Shown here: piece after piece, positions 30,850 through 39,132 of the stretch
Layout: each line of letters starts with the position of its first letter
Position numbering within the stretch: the stretch's first letter is position 1
From: a virus
Lineage: Duplodnaviria > Caudoviricetes
Strand: one strand, 5' to 3'
DNA length: 64,000 bases
IMG/VR virus record: IMGVR_UViG_3300033120_000865
Coordinates: 1-64,000 of that record
Notes under the pieces: model-generated
Database searches by the model: none
Seen by the model: only the letters and a program-made list of their open reading frames with translations
What the model was told of the DNA's origin: nothing
Made by a program: the position numbers and the translations under genes

Positions 30850-31389
30850 TTATAGTAATAGTAGTTTATAATTACCAGGATAACACTCATTTGGAGTTAG
30901 TGGATATTGTTTATCATATAAACGAAAATATCCTTCAATAAATGGATATAAATCAACTGTTTCAGAACCAAATACATAAGATGGTATTGTCCCATGTTTA
31001 TATTTCCAATCATTTGGGTCATTTATTAATGGTTCAAAAATACTATCTGGTTCAAATAATTTAGACATTTTTATATCTCCATTATCTGATAGAGTATGAT
31101 AGATAAAACAAGGTTTATCAGTCATATAACAATATCTAGCTTCTGAGTACTGTCCTTTACCAACAAATGTTTTCCACCTATTTTTTTCTATCCTTACTGA
31201 AGTATATATAGGAACAAGAACAACAAAATCTGCTTCTTTTAAATCTTTATCACTATATGTTCCTGACACAAACTCTGTAACTTCAAAACCAGAATCAATA
31301 AGAGATTTTCTTATTGGTTCAAGTATTGTTTCTGGTAATTGTAATGACTTACTTAAATAAACTTTTAAAGGTTTATTTTTTCTTTCCAT
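30850..31389 (-). CDS. hypothetical protein, possible Rossmann/TIR-like fold (C-terminus KLLLL)
   Basis: KVYLS...ADFVVLVP...GQYSEA pattern; weak. Confidence 0.6.
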   Translation of the reverse strand: MERKNKPLKVYLSKSLQLPETILEPIRKSLIDSGFEVTEFVSGTYSDKDLKEADFVVLVPIYTSVRIEKNRWKTFVGKGQYSEARYCYMTDKPCFIYHTLSDNGDIKMSKLFEPDSIFEPLINDPNDWKYKHGTIPSYVFGSETVDLYPFIEGYFRLYDKQYPLTPNECYPGNYKLLLL

Positions 31390-31678
31390 CAGTAAACATA
31401 TCAGTTAGAGTATCATTTGCAATTTCAATTTCTTTTTCAAGTAATTTAATATCTACAAGAGCTTTGTGATAATCATTTGCCCAAGAATCAATCTTAGAGT
31501 CAGCAGTTGTTACTGATATTGCTTCTAATGCTTCTTTTTGAGCTAAAAGTTTATCTTTTTTAGCATCTAAATCATCAATTAATTTTTCTTGATTTCTTTT
31601 TAATTGTCTTGCAATTCTCTCTGCTGCTTTTTTGTTTTTGTCATCTTTTGATGCTGTTAAAATAGCTAAAATTTTCAT
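31373..31678 (-). CDS. coiled-coil hypothetical protein
   Basis: ORF in operon. Confidence 0.65.
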   Translation of the reverse strand: MKILAILTASKDDKNKKAAERIARQLKRNQEKLIDDLDAKKDKLLAQKEALEAISVTTADSKIDSWANDYHKALVDIKLLEKEIEIANDTLTDMFTDGKKK

Positions 31679-31690
31679 TCTGTTTTTTAT

Positions 31691-32010
31691 TTAAAGGATT
31701 AATAATAATTTGTTAGTTTGTTGTGGACCTCTTGCATAATTTTGTAAAAAATAATTATCTACAATAGAATCATATATCATTTTTGCTCCAAAATGAAGCT
31801 TATCTTTAGGAAAATTATCAAAAAATTGTTCTATTGAAATATTAGAAGGAGTGTAATTTAATGAATTAATTTTTATCTTCTGAGATAATGAATAAGCTGA
31901 ACCACTATAATTAATAATATAATAACTATTACAACTAATATTATAAACAATACTTAAATATCCATTTTGATTATAAATGGTTCAAAAGGCAATAAATTTG
32001 ATTTTTTCAT
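31691..32010 (-). pseudogene. hypothetical gene with apparent 1-nt deletion after codon ~11 (C-terminus KLLLIL)
   Basis: ATG overlaps the upstream TGA: MKKSNLLPFEP, then the -1 frame reads IYNQNGYLSIV...TNKLLLIL for about 95 codons. Confidence 0.5.
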
Positions 32011-32507
32011 AATTGAATATTAGATGTTAAAAAATATTTTATATTCATTTTTTCAAACATTTCCATTAGATTTTTATTATGATTTGATAAAATTAAGTAA
32101 TCATAAGTAATTGATTCTCTAGTTAACTCTTCTGTTCTACTAAATTCTATTGCATCAGCAACTACTTCTTCATGTATTCTTGTGATTGTTGAACCAGTAC
32201 AACTAAAGTCATCAATTATAATATTAATATTGTCTATTGAATATCTAGTTTGTATCTTTTGTGAATGAGATTTCTCTCCTCTTTTTTTAATATGGTCAAT
32301 AAAAATATTTTTATTAATATACACACTTAATAAAGAAGCTAATATAGCACCTGAAGAACCAGTACAATATACCACTATCTTTTTTTCTGTAGTTTCAAGT
32401 ACAGGTTTTAATATTTCTGCTACTTCAATAATATAATCTCTAGCAGATTTAATATTCATACCCACTGGATATGGAATTTCACCACATTTTAATTCAATTA
32501 GTTCCAT
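32007..32507 (-). CDS. type I phosphoribosyltransferase-like protein
   Basis: PRPP-binding motif IIIDDFSCTGSTI, TGSSG; start moved to 32507 because the track's longer start overlaps the tmRNA 3' exon. Confidence 0.72.
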   Translation of the reverse strand: MELIELKCGEIPYPVGMNIKSARDYIIEVAEILKPVLETTEKKIVVYCTGSSGAILASLLSVYINKNIFIDHIKKRGEKSHSQKIQTRYSIDNINIIIDDFSCTGSTITRIHEEVVADAIEFSRTEELTRESITYDYLILSNHNKNLMEMFEKMNIKYFLTSNIQL

Positions 32508-32553
32508 AAAAACTCTTTTAATGTTTAATAAATAGTGGACTTGCTGGGAATCG

Positions 32554-33221
32554 CTTTCCCTAATGATTGAAAAATTCAAGAATTAAATTTTCTCTTTGTA
32601 ATTTTTCTTCTTCAGTATATTTACCATTTGCTTTGGTTGCTTTCTGAATAAGATTATAGATTTTAATTCTATGAACTTTTTTTGGATGTATTGATGTAAG
32701 TTTATTAGCAACAGCTAAAGCATTTCTATAAGCATATTTTAAATCATAAGCATCTTGGTGATTTTCTTTCTTTGCTTTTTTCAAAGAAATATTTCCTATT
32801 ATACCAATATCTTTATAAATAAAATCTCTAATTTCTTCAAGTATATTTATTTCATTGTTATGAAAAGATAATTGAAGACTTTTATTAGTACCTTTAGTAT
32901 GTTTGACTGCTGTTACACTTCCATCAGCATCAAAAAATCCTGTAATATATTTCCAATTCATAGTATTTAATTTAGACTACAAAGATGGGGTAAATATACC
33001 ACAATTCCAAACATTTTCTCATATTTCTATGAGGATTGGACTATATCATCACCTGTTCTAGATGTTGCTTACTCTAGGCTCACCTTAGTGTCCTTAGTCT
33101 CTGAACCTTCCACAGTCTTCCCTGTGGCTTGGCTGCTGATTGGCATATCTTATCAGACTTAGCTTTCCAGTCAATTCAAGCAATTTTTAACTATATATCC
33201 CTATATAGTGGGTCCAATTTA
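32554..33221 (-). mobile_element. group I intron (IA-like) in the tmRNA T-loop, 668 nt
   Basis: P1 GGGUU/GACCC with U-G splice pair; P AAUUGACUGGAAA; Q AAUCAGCAG; R UCAGAGACUA; S AUGAUAUAGUCC; P3 UUGCUU/AAGCAA; P9 CUCAUA-GAAA-UAUGAG; terminal G at 32554; P10 AAUUG/CGAUU. Confidence 0.93.
32560..32961 (-). CDS. intron-encoded single-motif LAGLIDADG homing endonuclease
   Basis: YITGFFDADGS motif, 133 aa, located between P9 and the intron terminal G. Confidence 0.92.
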   Translation of the reverse strand: MNWKYITGFFDADGSVTAVKHTKGTNKSLQLSFHNNEINILEEIRDFIYKDIGIIGNISLKKAKKENHQDAYDLKYAYRNALAVANKLTSIHPKKVHRIKIYNLIQKATKANGKYTEEEKLQRENLILEFFNH

Positions 33222-33390
33222 AACCCAGGTCCTTAAATACATTCAAATAAATAGATTATACAAGTTTAATTACATTTCTTTTAATTCTTTATGCTAGAAT
33301 AGAGTCAACTGATTAATCAGTTAAATTCCACCACTTTATTTTGAAAAAACAAAGAAAACATCAATTTATTGTGACTATTATAGTCTGCTA

Positions 33391-33501
33391 TTATGCAGCA
33401 ATTAAGTCAAGTACTTGCACTTCTGTTTCTACCTGTGCATTCAAGGCAATCACTTTAGGATTAGAAATCTCTAAAGATGAAATGGTAACATTATTGTTGC
33501 C
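33391..33501 (-). other. tmRNA proteolysis-tag reading frame (36 codons + stop)
   Basis: UAACU then GGC resume codon: GNNNVTISSLEISNPKVIALNAQVETEVQVLDLIAA*. Confidence 0.8.
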
Positions 33502-33612
33502 AGTTAAAATAAATTAATAATCAATTTTTAATGTGTAGCTTATCAACCACATACTTGTCTATTTATTCTAATAATATCCAGTCAAAGCCAGTCAAGCCCA
33601 ATTGTATTACAT

Positions 33613-33644
33613 AAAAAGGTAATAATTTATTTTATTACCTTTTT
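33613..33644 (-). terminator. terminator-like hairpin just upstream of the tmRNA
   Basis: AAAAAGGTAATAA/TTATTACCTTTTT. Confidence 0.55.
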
Positions 33645-33706
33645 ACTATAGTAAAATAATACAGAGTTTCTCTCTCTACTGGTTATCCAGGTGATTTTTT
33701 ATTGTA

Positions 33707-34003
33707 CTATCTCATTTTATTAATTACTCTTTTCTTTTTTTGAAAAGGCTCTTTACTATCTTTCTTTTTCTGAATTTTTATATTATCAGTCATTTCAGAT
33801 AATTTAAGGACTTTCCATCCTTTTCTTCTCATAAAATCTAATTTACCTAAGATTTTTAATCCTGGTGTTACATTTAATGGAATTCCTATTTCTTTAACAA
33901 CCACTTGATTGTTATTACTATCATAGTCATATTCTTTAACTACAATCCCTTTACGCTGTAATATAGGTAACACAGCTTCTTCAGTATGAAATTTTCCTTT
34001 CAT
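33707..34003 (-). CDS. basic hypothetical protein
   Basis: ORF in operon. Confidence 0.6.
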   Translation of the reverse strand: MKGKFHTEEAVLPILQRKGIVVKEYDYDSNNNQVVVKEIGIPLNVTPGLKILGKLDFMRRKGWKVLKLSEMTDNIKIQKKKDSKEPFQKKKRVINKMR

Positions 34004-34383
34004 AGTTTTAATTTTGTTTTTGGTTTATAAAATGTTTTCACTAACTCTAGTGATTTTTCAACAACTTCAATTTGATTTTTGAGAATACTTAATCTTTTTT
34101 TATTTCTTTTAATAAAATTTGTTCTTACTCCTTGAATAGTATCATAAGGATATCTTTTTCTTCCAGATTTAGAAACCCATTTCTTTTTAATCCAATTACT
34201 ATTATATGGTTTTATCCAATATCCAGAGGGAGTTTCTTTTATAACTTCTAATTTTAATAATTGAAGTCTATATACAGGACCAGAAAGAAGTGAATCAAAT
34301 TTAGTGTCATCCTCAAATAAATGAATATATTCAATTCTGTAAAGTATCATAATAATAAGTATTATCCTGGTGCTTTTACACAC
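34000..34383 (-). CDS. hypothetical protein (true start probably internal Met)
   Basis: VIKETPSGYWI...WVSKSGRKRY pattern. Confidence 0.6.
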   Translation of the reverse strand: MCKSTRIILIIMILYRIEYIHLFEDDTKFDSLLSGPVYRLQLLKLEVIKETPSGYWIKPYNSNWIKKKWVSKSGRKRYPYDTIQGVRTNFIKRNKKRLSILKNQIEVVEKSLELVKTFYKPKTKLKL

Positions 34384-34395
34384 CAGGAATTTATA

Positions 34396-34785
34396 TTACT
34401 CTGCTTCTTGTAATTCAAGAATCATTTTATTCACTTCTTCAAGTGATAATCCTTTTAAAGCTTCTGTAGATTTAGATGCAGCCAACTCTTTCAATTGAGC
34501 AAGTTTAGCATTTCTATCAGCTCTAACAGCTTTGGCTTCTTTCTCAGCAAGTTTAACTTCAATGATATGTTTTAGAATTTCTAACTGAAGTTCTAAAACT
34601 GCATTTACAGTGTTTCTTTTACCAATAAAAGATTTTGTACCTGCTGTCTCAAGTTGTTTATCAACTGAAATAGCTAATGCATCTAAAGATTCAAGAGATA
34701 AATCCCATAAATCTTCAGTAGATAAATTACCTTTTGTGGTATTAAATCTTAATTTGGCTTTTGAAGCCTTTTCAAATAATGACAT
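34396..34785 (-). CDS. hypothetical protein
   Basis: FEKASKAKLRF...GNLSTEDLWDL then coiled coil. Confidence 0.75.
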   Translation of the reverse strand: MSLFEKASKAKLRFNTTKGNLSTEDLWDLSLESLDALAISVDKQLETAGTKSFIGKRNTVNAVLELQLEILKHIIEVKLAEKEAKAVRADRNAKLAQLKELAASKSTEALKGLSLEEVNKMILELQEAE

Positions 34786-34808
34786 AATTTTTAAATTTTA
34801 AATTAATT

Positions 34809-34880
34809 TTATTCTTCAAATATAATAGCAAATAAAATTACTATAATTGCAAGTACTACCCATTTAATAATGATTTCCAT
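34809..34880 (-). CDS. 23-aa single-TM micropeptide
   Basis: MEIIIKWVVLAIIVILFAIIFEE. Confidence 0.5.
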   Translation of the reverse strand: MEIIIKWVVLAIIVILFAIIFEE

Positions 34881-34891
34881 ATACTAATTGT

Positions 34892-34966
34892 TTAATCTTC
34901 TCCAAATACAGCAAATATTAGGACTATAATAAATATAGCACCTAAACCTATAAAAAATCCTTCCAT
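34892..34966 (-). CDS. 24-aa single-TM micropeptide
   Basis: MEGFFIGLGAIFIIVLIFAVFGED. Confidence 0.5.
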   Translation of the reverse strand: MEGFFIGLGAIFIIVLIFAVFGED

Positions 34967-34970
34967 AATA

Positions 34971-36953
34971 CTAAAAATTAACTTTTAACATTCTTTTAAA
35001 ATTACCATCTACTTTTACAATTAGATGATTTCTTTGAGTTTCAGAGAATCCAACACCAGATAATTGATTATCAGTATGTTCAACTTTCATTTTACCACCC
35101 ATAATTTCAAGAACTTTTCTATTCTCATCAAATTCTTGTTTTAAGAATTCATTAAAGAATGGTCTAGCAATCTCATCACTAATACAATTCTCAAGAAAAA
35201 ACATATAATGTTTATTACCTGTTGGATTTTCCCAGTAATTAGGTGAATACATAATCTTTTTTACTTTAGTAAATTGATTAGTTTTAACTCCCCATTTTTC
35301 TTTTGAAATTACATTTGATTTAACATCATTTTTAAATGTTATACCATTAACTTTTGAATAGTTAAATTCAACAACATTTATAGTACCTGAATCAGCAGGA
35401 GATTTATCATATTCAAAATCAACAATTTCTCCTCTACATTCTATCTGAACAATAAAACCACCTAACATAGACTCTCTTTTAGCAAAATTATTTACTTCTA
35501 CTTTATAGTTTCCATCTAACATTCTGTCTTTCATAGACCAAACAATATTTTCAACAGGAGTTCTACTATTTCTACCACCAGCATTCATATCAACATCTAA
35601 TTGTCCTCTTGATAGACTTATTCTATTATTAAAGAAAATTCTATTACCATTTGGTTCAGTTACATGAATATCTAAATCATCATAATTAAACCATGAAAGA
35701 GATACTCTCAATTCACCATCAACATTACCCCCAGCAGCTTTAACTTTTTCTTTAATAGAATCAGTTATACCACCAGTATATGACCATGAGAAATTATTAT
35801 TCCATTTGAATAGTGACTTAGCATCTGAATTTACTGAAGTAATCAATGATACCATATTTGGTAAATGATTATTCTCAAGTAAAACTTCAATAGATTTACT
35901 TGTTGGAATTACTTTTTCAACAAAATCTTTAGCACTAATTTCTTCAATTTTAGATAATGATTTTGGATTAACTAAAGTTTCTTTAGCCATATCACCAAAT
36001 ACATCAGTGATTGAAGATGATTTATCTGTATAGATAATATCTTCAACACTTAAGTCAGTCTCATTGGCAAATCTTCTTTCTAAAGAATCAATTAATCCTA
36101 ATTCTATCAATTTATCTTTTGCAGATTCAATCATTTTAGGAGTAACTAAAGCTGTTGGTCTTTTATAATTTGATGGTGCTACAACCTTTTCAAAAGCTGT
36201 TACAGCACTATCTAATTCTCTACCTTCTGACAAATCAATAAGTAAAGTTCCAATAGCAGTATTTCTTACTCTACAAAGAGCTTCTGGTATTTCTAATGAT
36301 TTTAACCATAAAAAGTTCTCTACATTACCACTAACAGTAACAGTAGAAAATTCTTTTTGTAATTTAGAAAATTGTATAAGAATACTTTCAGATTCTTTAC
36401 CTCTATAAAGAGAATTTTGTGCAATTAAATCAAGTACAGTATCAACTGCATCAATAGTTAACTCAGATAATGCTCTTTGAAGCATTTCTTTATTAGTTCT
36501 TTTTGAACCTTTAAATGAATCAATTAAATCTAGTTTTTTTACAAACTTATTAGGTAAAACTAAAGCAAAATGATTCCAAGTTACTTGTCTTACAGCATCA
36601 AAGTTTTCAGCAGTACCACATTTAGAAGATTCATTAACAAATACATCAGTAATTGGTAATGAATGAATATAATTACTTAAATTAAGAATTGAAGCTTTAT
36701 ACTCATCTGGAACTTCCATATTATCCCATATTGAAACTCTTTTACCATCAATAATAGATATAATTCCTGCATATTGTCTTAAAAATGATTTACAACAATT
36801 ACAATTATGGGATTGTTGTTCTTCTAATTCAAATGCTTGGAGATAATTATCCCAAATAACCTCTCTATCTATAGTAACATAGAATAGATGTTCAGATAAA
36901 GATAACATTTTCTGAAAGTTATCTTGTAATTGTTGTTTTACAATTTTAAACAT
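34971..36953 (-). CDS. large protein with HNCNCC motif and YfaP/DUF2135-like domain
   Basis: LRVSLSWFNYDDLDIHV...GQLDVDMNAGG...PVENIVW; start at 36953 preferred over track's 36995. Confidence 0.8.
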   Translation of the reverse strand: MFKIVKQQLQDNFQKMLSLSEHLFYVTIDREVIWDNYLQAFELEEQQSHNCNCCKSFLRQYAGIISIIDGKRVSIWDNMEVPDEYKASILNLSNYIHSLPITDVFVNESSKCGTAENFDAVRQVTWNHFALVLPNKFVKKLDLIDSFKGSKRTNKEMLQRALSELTIDAVDTVLDLIAQNSLYRGKESESILIQFSKLQKEFSTVTVSGNVENFLWLKSLEIPEALCRVRNTAIGTLLIDLSEGRELDSAVTAFEKVVAPSNYKRPTALVTPKMIESAKDKLIELGLIDSLERRFANETDLSVEDIIYTDKSSSITDVFGDMAKETLVNPKSLSKIEEISAKDFVEKVIPTSKSIEVLLENNHLPNMVSLITSVNSDAKSLFKWNNNFSWSYTGGITDSIKEKVKAAGGNVDGELRVSLSWFNYDDLDIHVTEPNGNRIFFNNRISLSRGQLDVDMNAGGRNSRTPVENIVWSMKDRMLDGNYKVEVNNFAKRESMLGGFIVQIECRGEIVDFEYDKSPADSGTINVVEFNYSKVNGITFKNDVKSNVISKEKWGVKTNQFTKVKKIMYSPNYWENPTGNKHYMFFLENCISDEIARPFFNEFLKQEFDENRKVLEIMGGKMKVEHTDNQLSGVGFSETQRNHLIVKVDGNFKRMLKVNF

Positions 36954-36989
36954 GTTTTTATATTTTAATTTATTATTTTTTAAGAAAAA

Positions 36990-37180
36990 ATACATTATAA
37001 GATTTACTTCTATTACCTAGGAATATTTTCTAATGTCCTGTCCATCCACTGTAAACAGCAATGACCACTCATAATGTATTTGTAAATTTACTGGCAGGAA
37101 TATGCTACACAATTGTGTGCCAGGCTTCTTCCATATTTAGTCCTGTTACCCTCAACCTATAAGAGACCAGTAATAAATTT
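36990..37180 (-). ncRNA. tandem pair of similar structured RNA elements (candidate)
   Basis: Two closing stems, each enclosing UGGUC-hairpin-ACAGGAC...AUAUUCCU. Confidence 0.45.
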
Positions 37181-37244
37181 ATTTAGAAGTTATAGATTCC
37201 ATTAAATAAATCTAATAAACCTTGTGCTATTTGTTCTTGTGGTG

Positions 37245-37592
37245 TCATAGTATTTGTTGTTCTAAAGTTCTACTAAATGTAATTGGTACTAACCTTCCTC
37301 CTTCAAGTGAAGGAGATTCATTTATGAATACTGAAATAACTTCTTTCTCAGTATCTGCTTTCTTATCTCTTCTTTTCAATTCTCTAACAAACTTATCTGT
37401 TACAGAATTATAGATTTTAATACTATCTTCAGTAGATAAATCTTCTAAACCAGAAGAAAATAATAGTTGCATAATAGCTCTTTGATTATAGAGAACTATG
37501 TTCTTTTCTCTCTTTTTAAAAAGCTTTTCTACCCATGTATTTAATAATCTTTTAAATCTTACTAAATATCTTAACATAGTTATCTTTTTCAT
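37245..37592 (-). CDS. hypothetical protein
   Basis: ORF in operon. Confidence 0.55.
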   Translation of the reverse strand: MKKITMLRYLVRFKRLLNTWVEKLFKKREKNIVLYNQRAIMQLLFSSGLEDLSTEDSIKIYNSVTDKFVRELKRRDKKADTEKEVISVFINESPSLEGGRLVPITFSRTLEQQIL

Positions 37593-37621
37593 AAAACTCT
37601 TTAATTAATTTACTAATAAAA

Positions 37622-37655
37622 ATTAAGGTGTTAATTTTATTATTAACACCTTAAT
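37622..37655 (-). terminator. intrinsic terminator-like hairpin
   Basis: ATTAAGGTGTTAAT/ATTAACACCTTAAT 14-bp stem after stop codon. Confidence 0.65.
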
Positions 37656-37664
37656 ATTAAATTG

Positions 37665-38132
37665 TTACTCAGCAGAAATCTTAGCTATTCTTTTATTTAA
37701 AGAAGCAATTTGTTCATCAATTTTAGATTTAGCTTTACTATAAGCCTCTTTTTCTGATTCAATTCTTTTTTCAATTGCTTGAACATTCAATTCATGATTG
37801 TCAAGATTATCTAAATAAATTTCTTGAAAAGCACTTTGTTCAGCATTCTTACCAATCTGGTCCATATCAACTTTCATGTAAGCTTCATTTAATGCTACTT
37901 GAGCATCTTCTAATGAATCATTTAATTCATCAATAGCTTGGTCATGATTGAATTTAAGATTACTTAAATTCTTTTCATGAGCTGCAATTTCTTTACCTAA
38001 AGCTTTTGTAACTCTTGTAAAGAAACTTTCTAATTTTCCATCATTTCCTAATTTAAGAAATGCTGAAATTGCTCTCACAATTGAGAATTTACTTGTTGAA
38101 ACTGCTACACTGTTTGTTTTTTTAGTGTTCAT
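37665..38132 (-). CDS. coiled-coil hypothetical protein
   Basis: ORF followed by terminator. Confidence 0.75.
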   Translation of the reverse strand: MNTKKTNSVAVSTSKFSIVRAISAFLKLGNDGKLESFFTRVTKALGKEIAAHEKNLSNLKFNHDQAIDELNDSLEDAQVALNEAYMKVDMDQIGKNAEQSAFQEIYLDNLDNHELNVQAIEKRIESEKEAYSKAKSKIDEQIASLNKRIAKISAE

Positions 38133-38151
38133 AATAAATATAATTAAAGTG

Positions 38152-39132
38152 TTAAATAATTCTTCTTTGTTTTACAGGGATTAAATCTATCTCCTGTATT
38201 TTTTTTGGTTTTGAGTGCATAAAGGCACTTCTTCTTGTTGATGGTCTAAAAGATTCTTCTGAAATAGATGTCATTTTTTCAAGATAAAATTCTTTAGGAA
38301 ATTCCTCTACTTCAGAAGATGTAGGTTCAGGAGGAGTATTTGAAATTGGGTCTATACCTATCTCTCCTCTAAAATATATAGTAAAATAATGCTCTGGATT
38401 CTCTTGACCAAAAATCACCTCCCAAAAACTATTACCTTCTGGTGACTCACTCCAATTAAATCCTCCAGTAGCTTCAGTAGAATACTTATTTTTTTTATAA
38501 GCTTCTAAACTTTTTAAAGAGGATTTTAGTCTTATATTTTCAAGAATTTCTGGATAATCTTTTAAAAAACTAATATTTCCTAAATCTTCTGATATTAATG
38601 TAGTTAAAATAGAATCTTTTTTTAAAACTAATCTTTCAAATTGCTCAAAATCTATTCTAGCACCATTAAAATCAGATGGATGAGTTTTTGCTGATGGATG
38701 ATTATTTACCATACCATAGGCAGAACCAAAACTAAAAATTTGATCATCAGGATATTTAAGATCTGCCCACCATTTTTTAATAATTTCTACATTCACACTA
38801 TCAATAAGTATAAACCAATTATGAGGTAATTCAATAGATGTACTTTCTTGTTTTAAAATATTCTTTTTAAATTGTTCAAATGTTATTTCTGTATAATCCT
38901 TATATTTTACATTACCTTTTACAGTACCAGAAAAGTATTTAGAGTTATCTGAATGATGCTCTGATACTAATGTATAACCTATGCTAATAATTTTTCTATC
39001 TTCACAAGAAATATTTGGTTGTCTTAATCTCCATTCACTTGCTGCTTTTTGATTTTCTTCAGTAATTACCATAAACCATTTATTAGGAAATGATTTAGTA
39101 GAATTATCAACTTTATTTTTTATTATAGCCAT
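38152..39132 (-). CDS. hypothetical protein with tandem internal domain duplication
   Basis: FPNKWF...ITFEQFKKNILK and LPHNWF...IDFEQFERLVLK. Confidence 0.7.
   Translation of the reverse strand: MAIIKNKVDNSTKSFPNKWFMVITEENQKAASEWRLRQPNISCEDRKIISIGYTLVSEHHSDNSKYFSGTVKGNVKYKDYTEITFEQFKKNILKQESTSIELPHNWFILIDSVNVEIIKKWWADLKYPDDQIFSFGSAYGMVNNHPSAKTHPSDFNGARIDFEQFERLVLKKDSILTTLISEDLGNISFLKDYPEILENIRLKSSLKSLEAYKKNKYSTEATGGFNWSESPEGNSFWEVIFGQENPEHYFTIYFRGEIGIDPISNTPPEPTSSEVEEFPKEFYLEKMTSISEESFRPSTRRSAFMHSKPKKIQEIDLIPVKQRRII

Larger units (their letters stand above)
32536..33599 (-). ncRNA. ssrA: tmRNA in two exons (33599-33222 and 32553-32536), about 396 nt spliced, CCA not encoded
   Basis: 5' GGGCUUGACUGGCUUUGAC; acceptor stem GGGCUUG/CAAGUCC with G3-U wobble and discriminator A; spliced T-arm CUGGG-UUCGAUU-CCCAG; long P2 helix (AAUAAAUAGA/UCUAUUUAUU, CAAGU/ACUUG); internal tag frame ending ...LIAA-UAA-UAG. 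Confidence 0.93.

Noticed and set aside
32508-32579. N-terminal extension of ORF 32007-32579
   Set aside because: It overlaps the intron 3' end, the endonuclease stop and the tmRNA 3' exon; ATG 32507 is the plausible start.
32560-32961. Free-standing homing endonuclease, or an intron in a protein gene
   Set aside because: The flanks form a group I core whose exons rebuild a tmRNA T-arm, not a reading frame.
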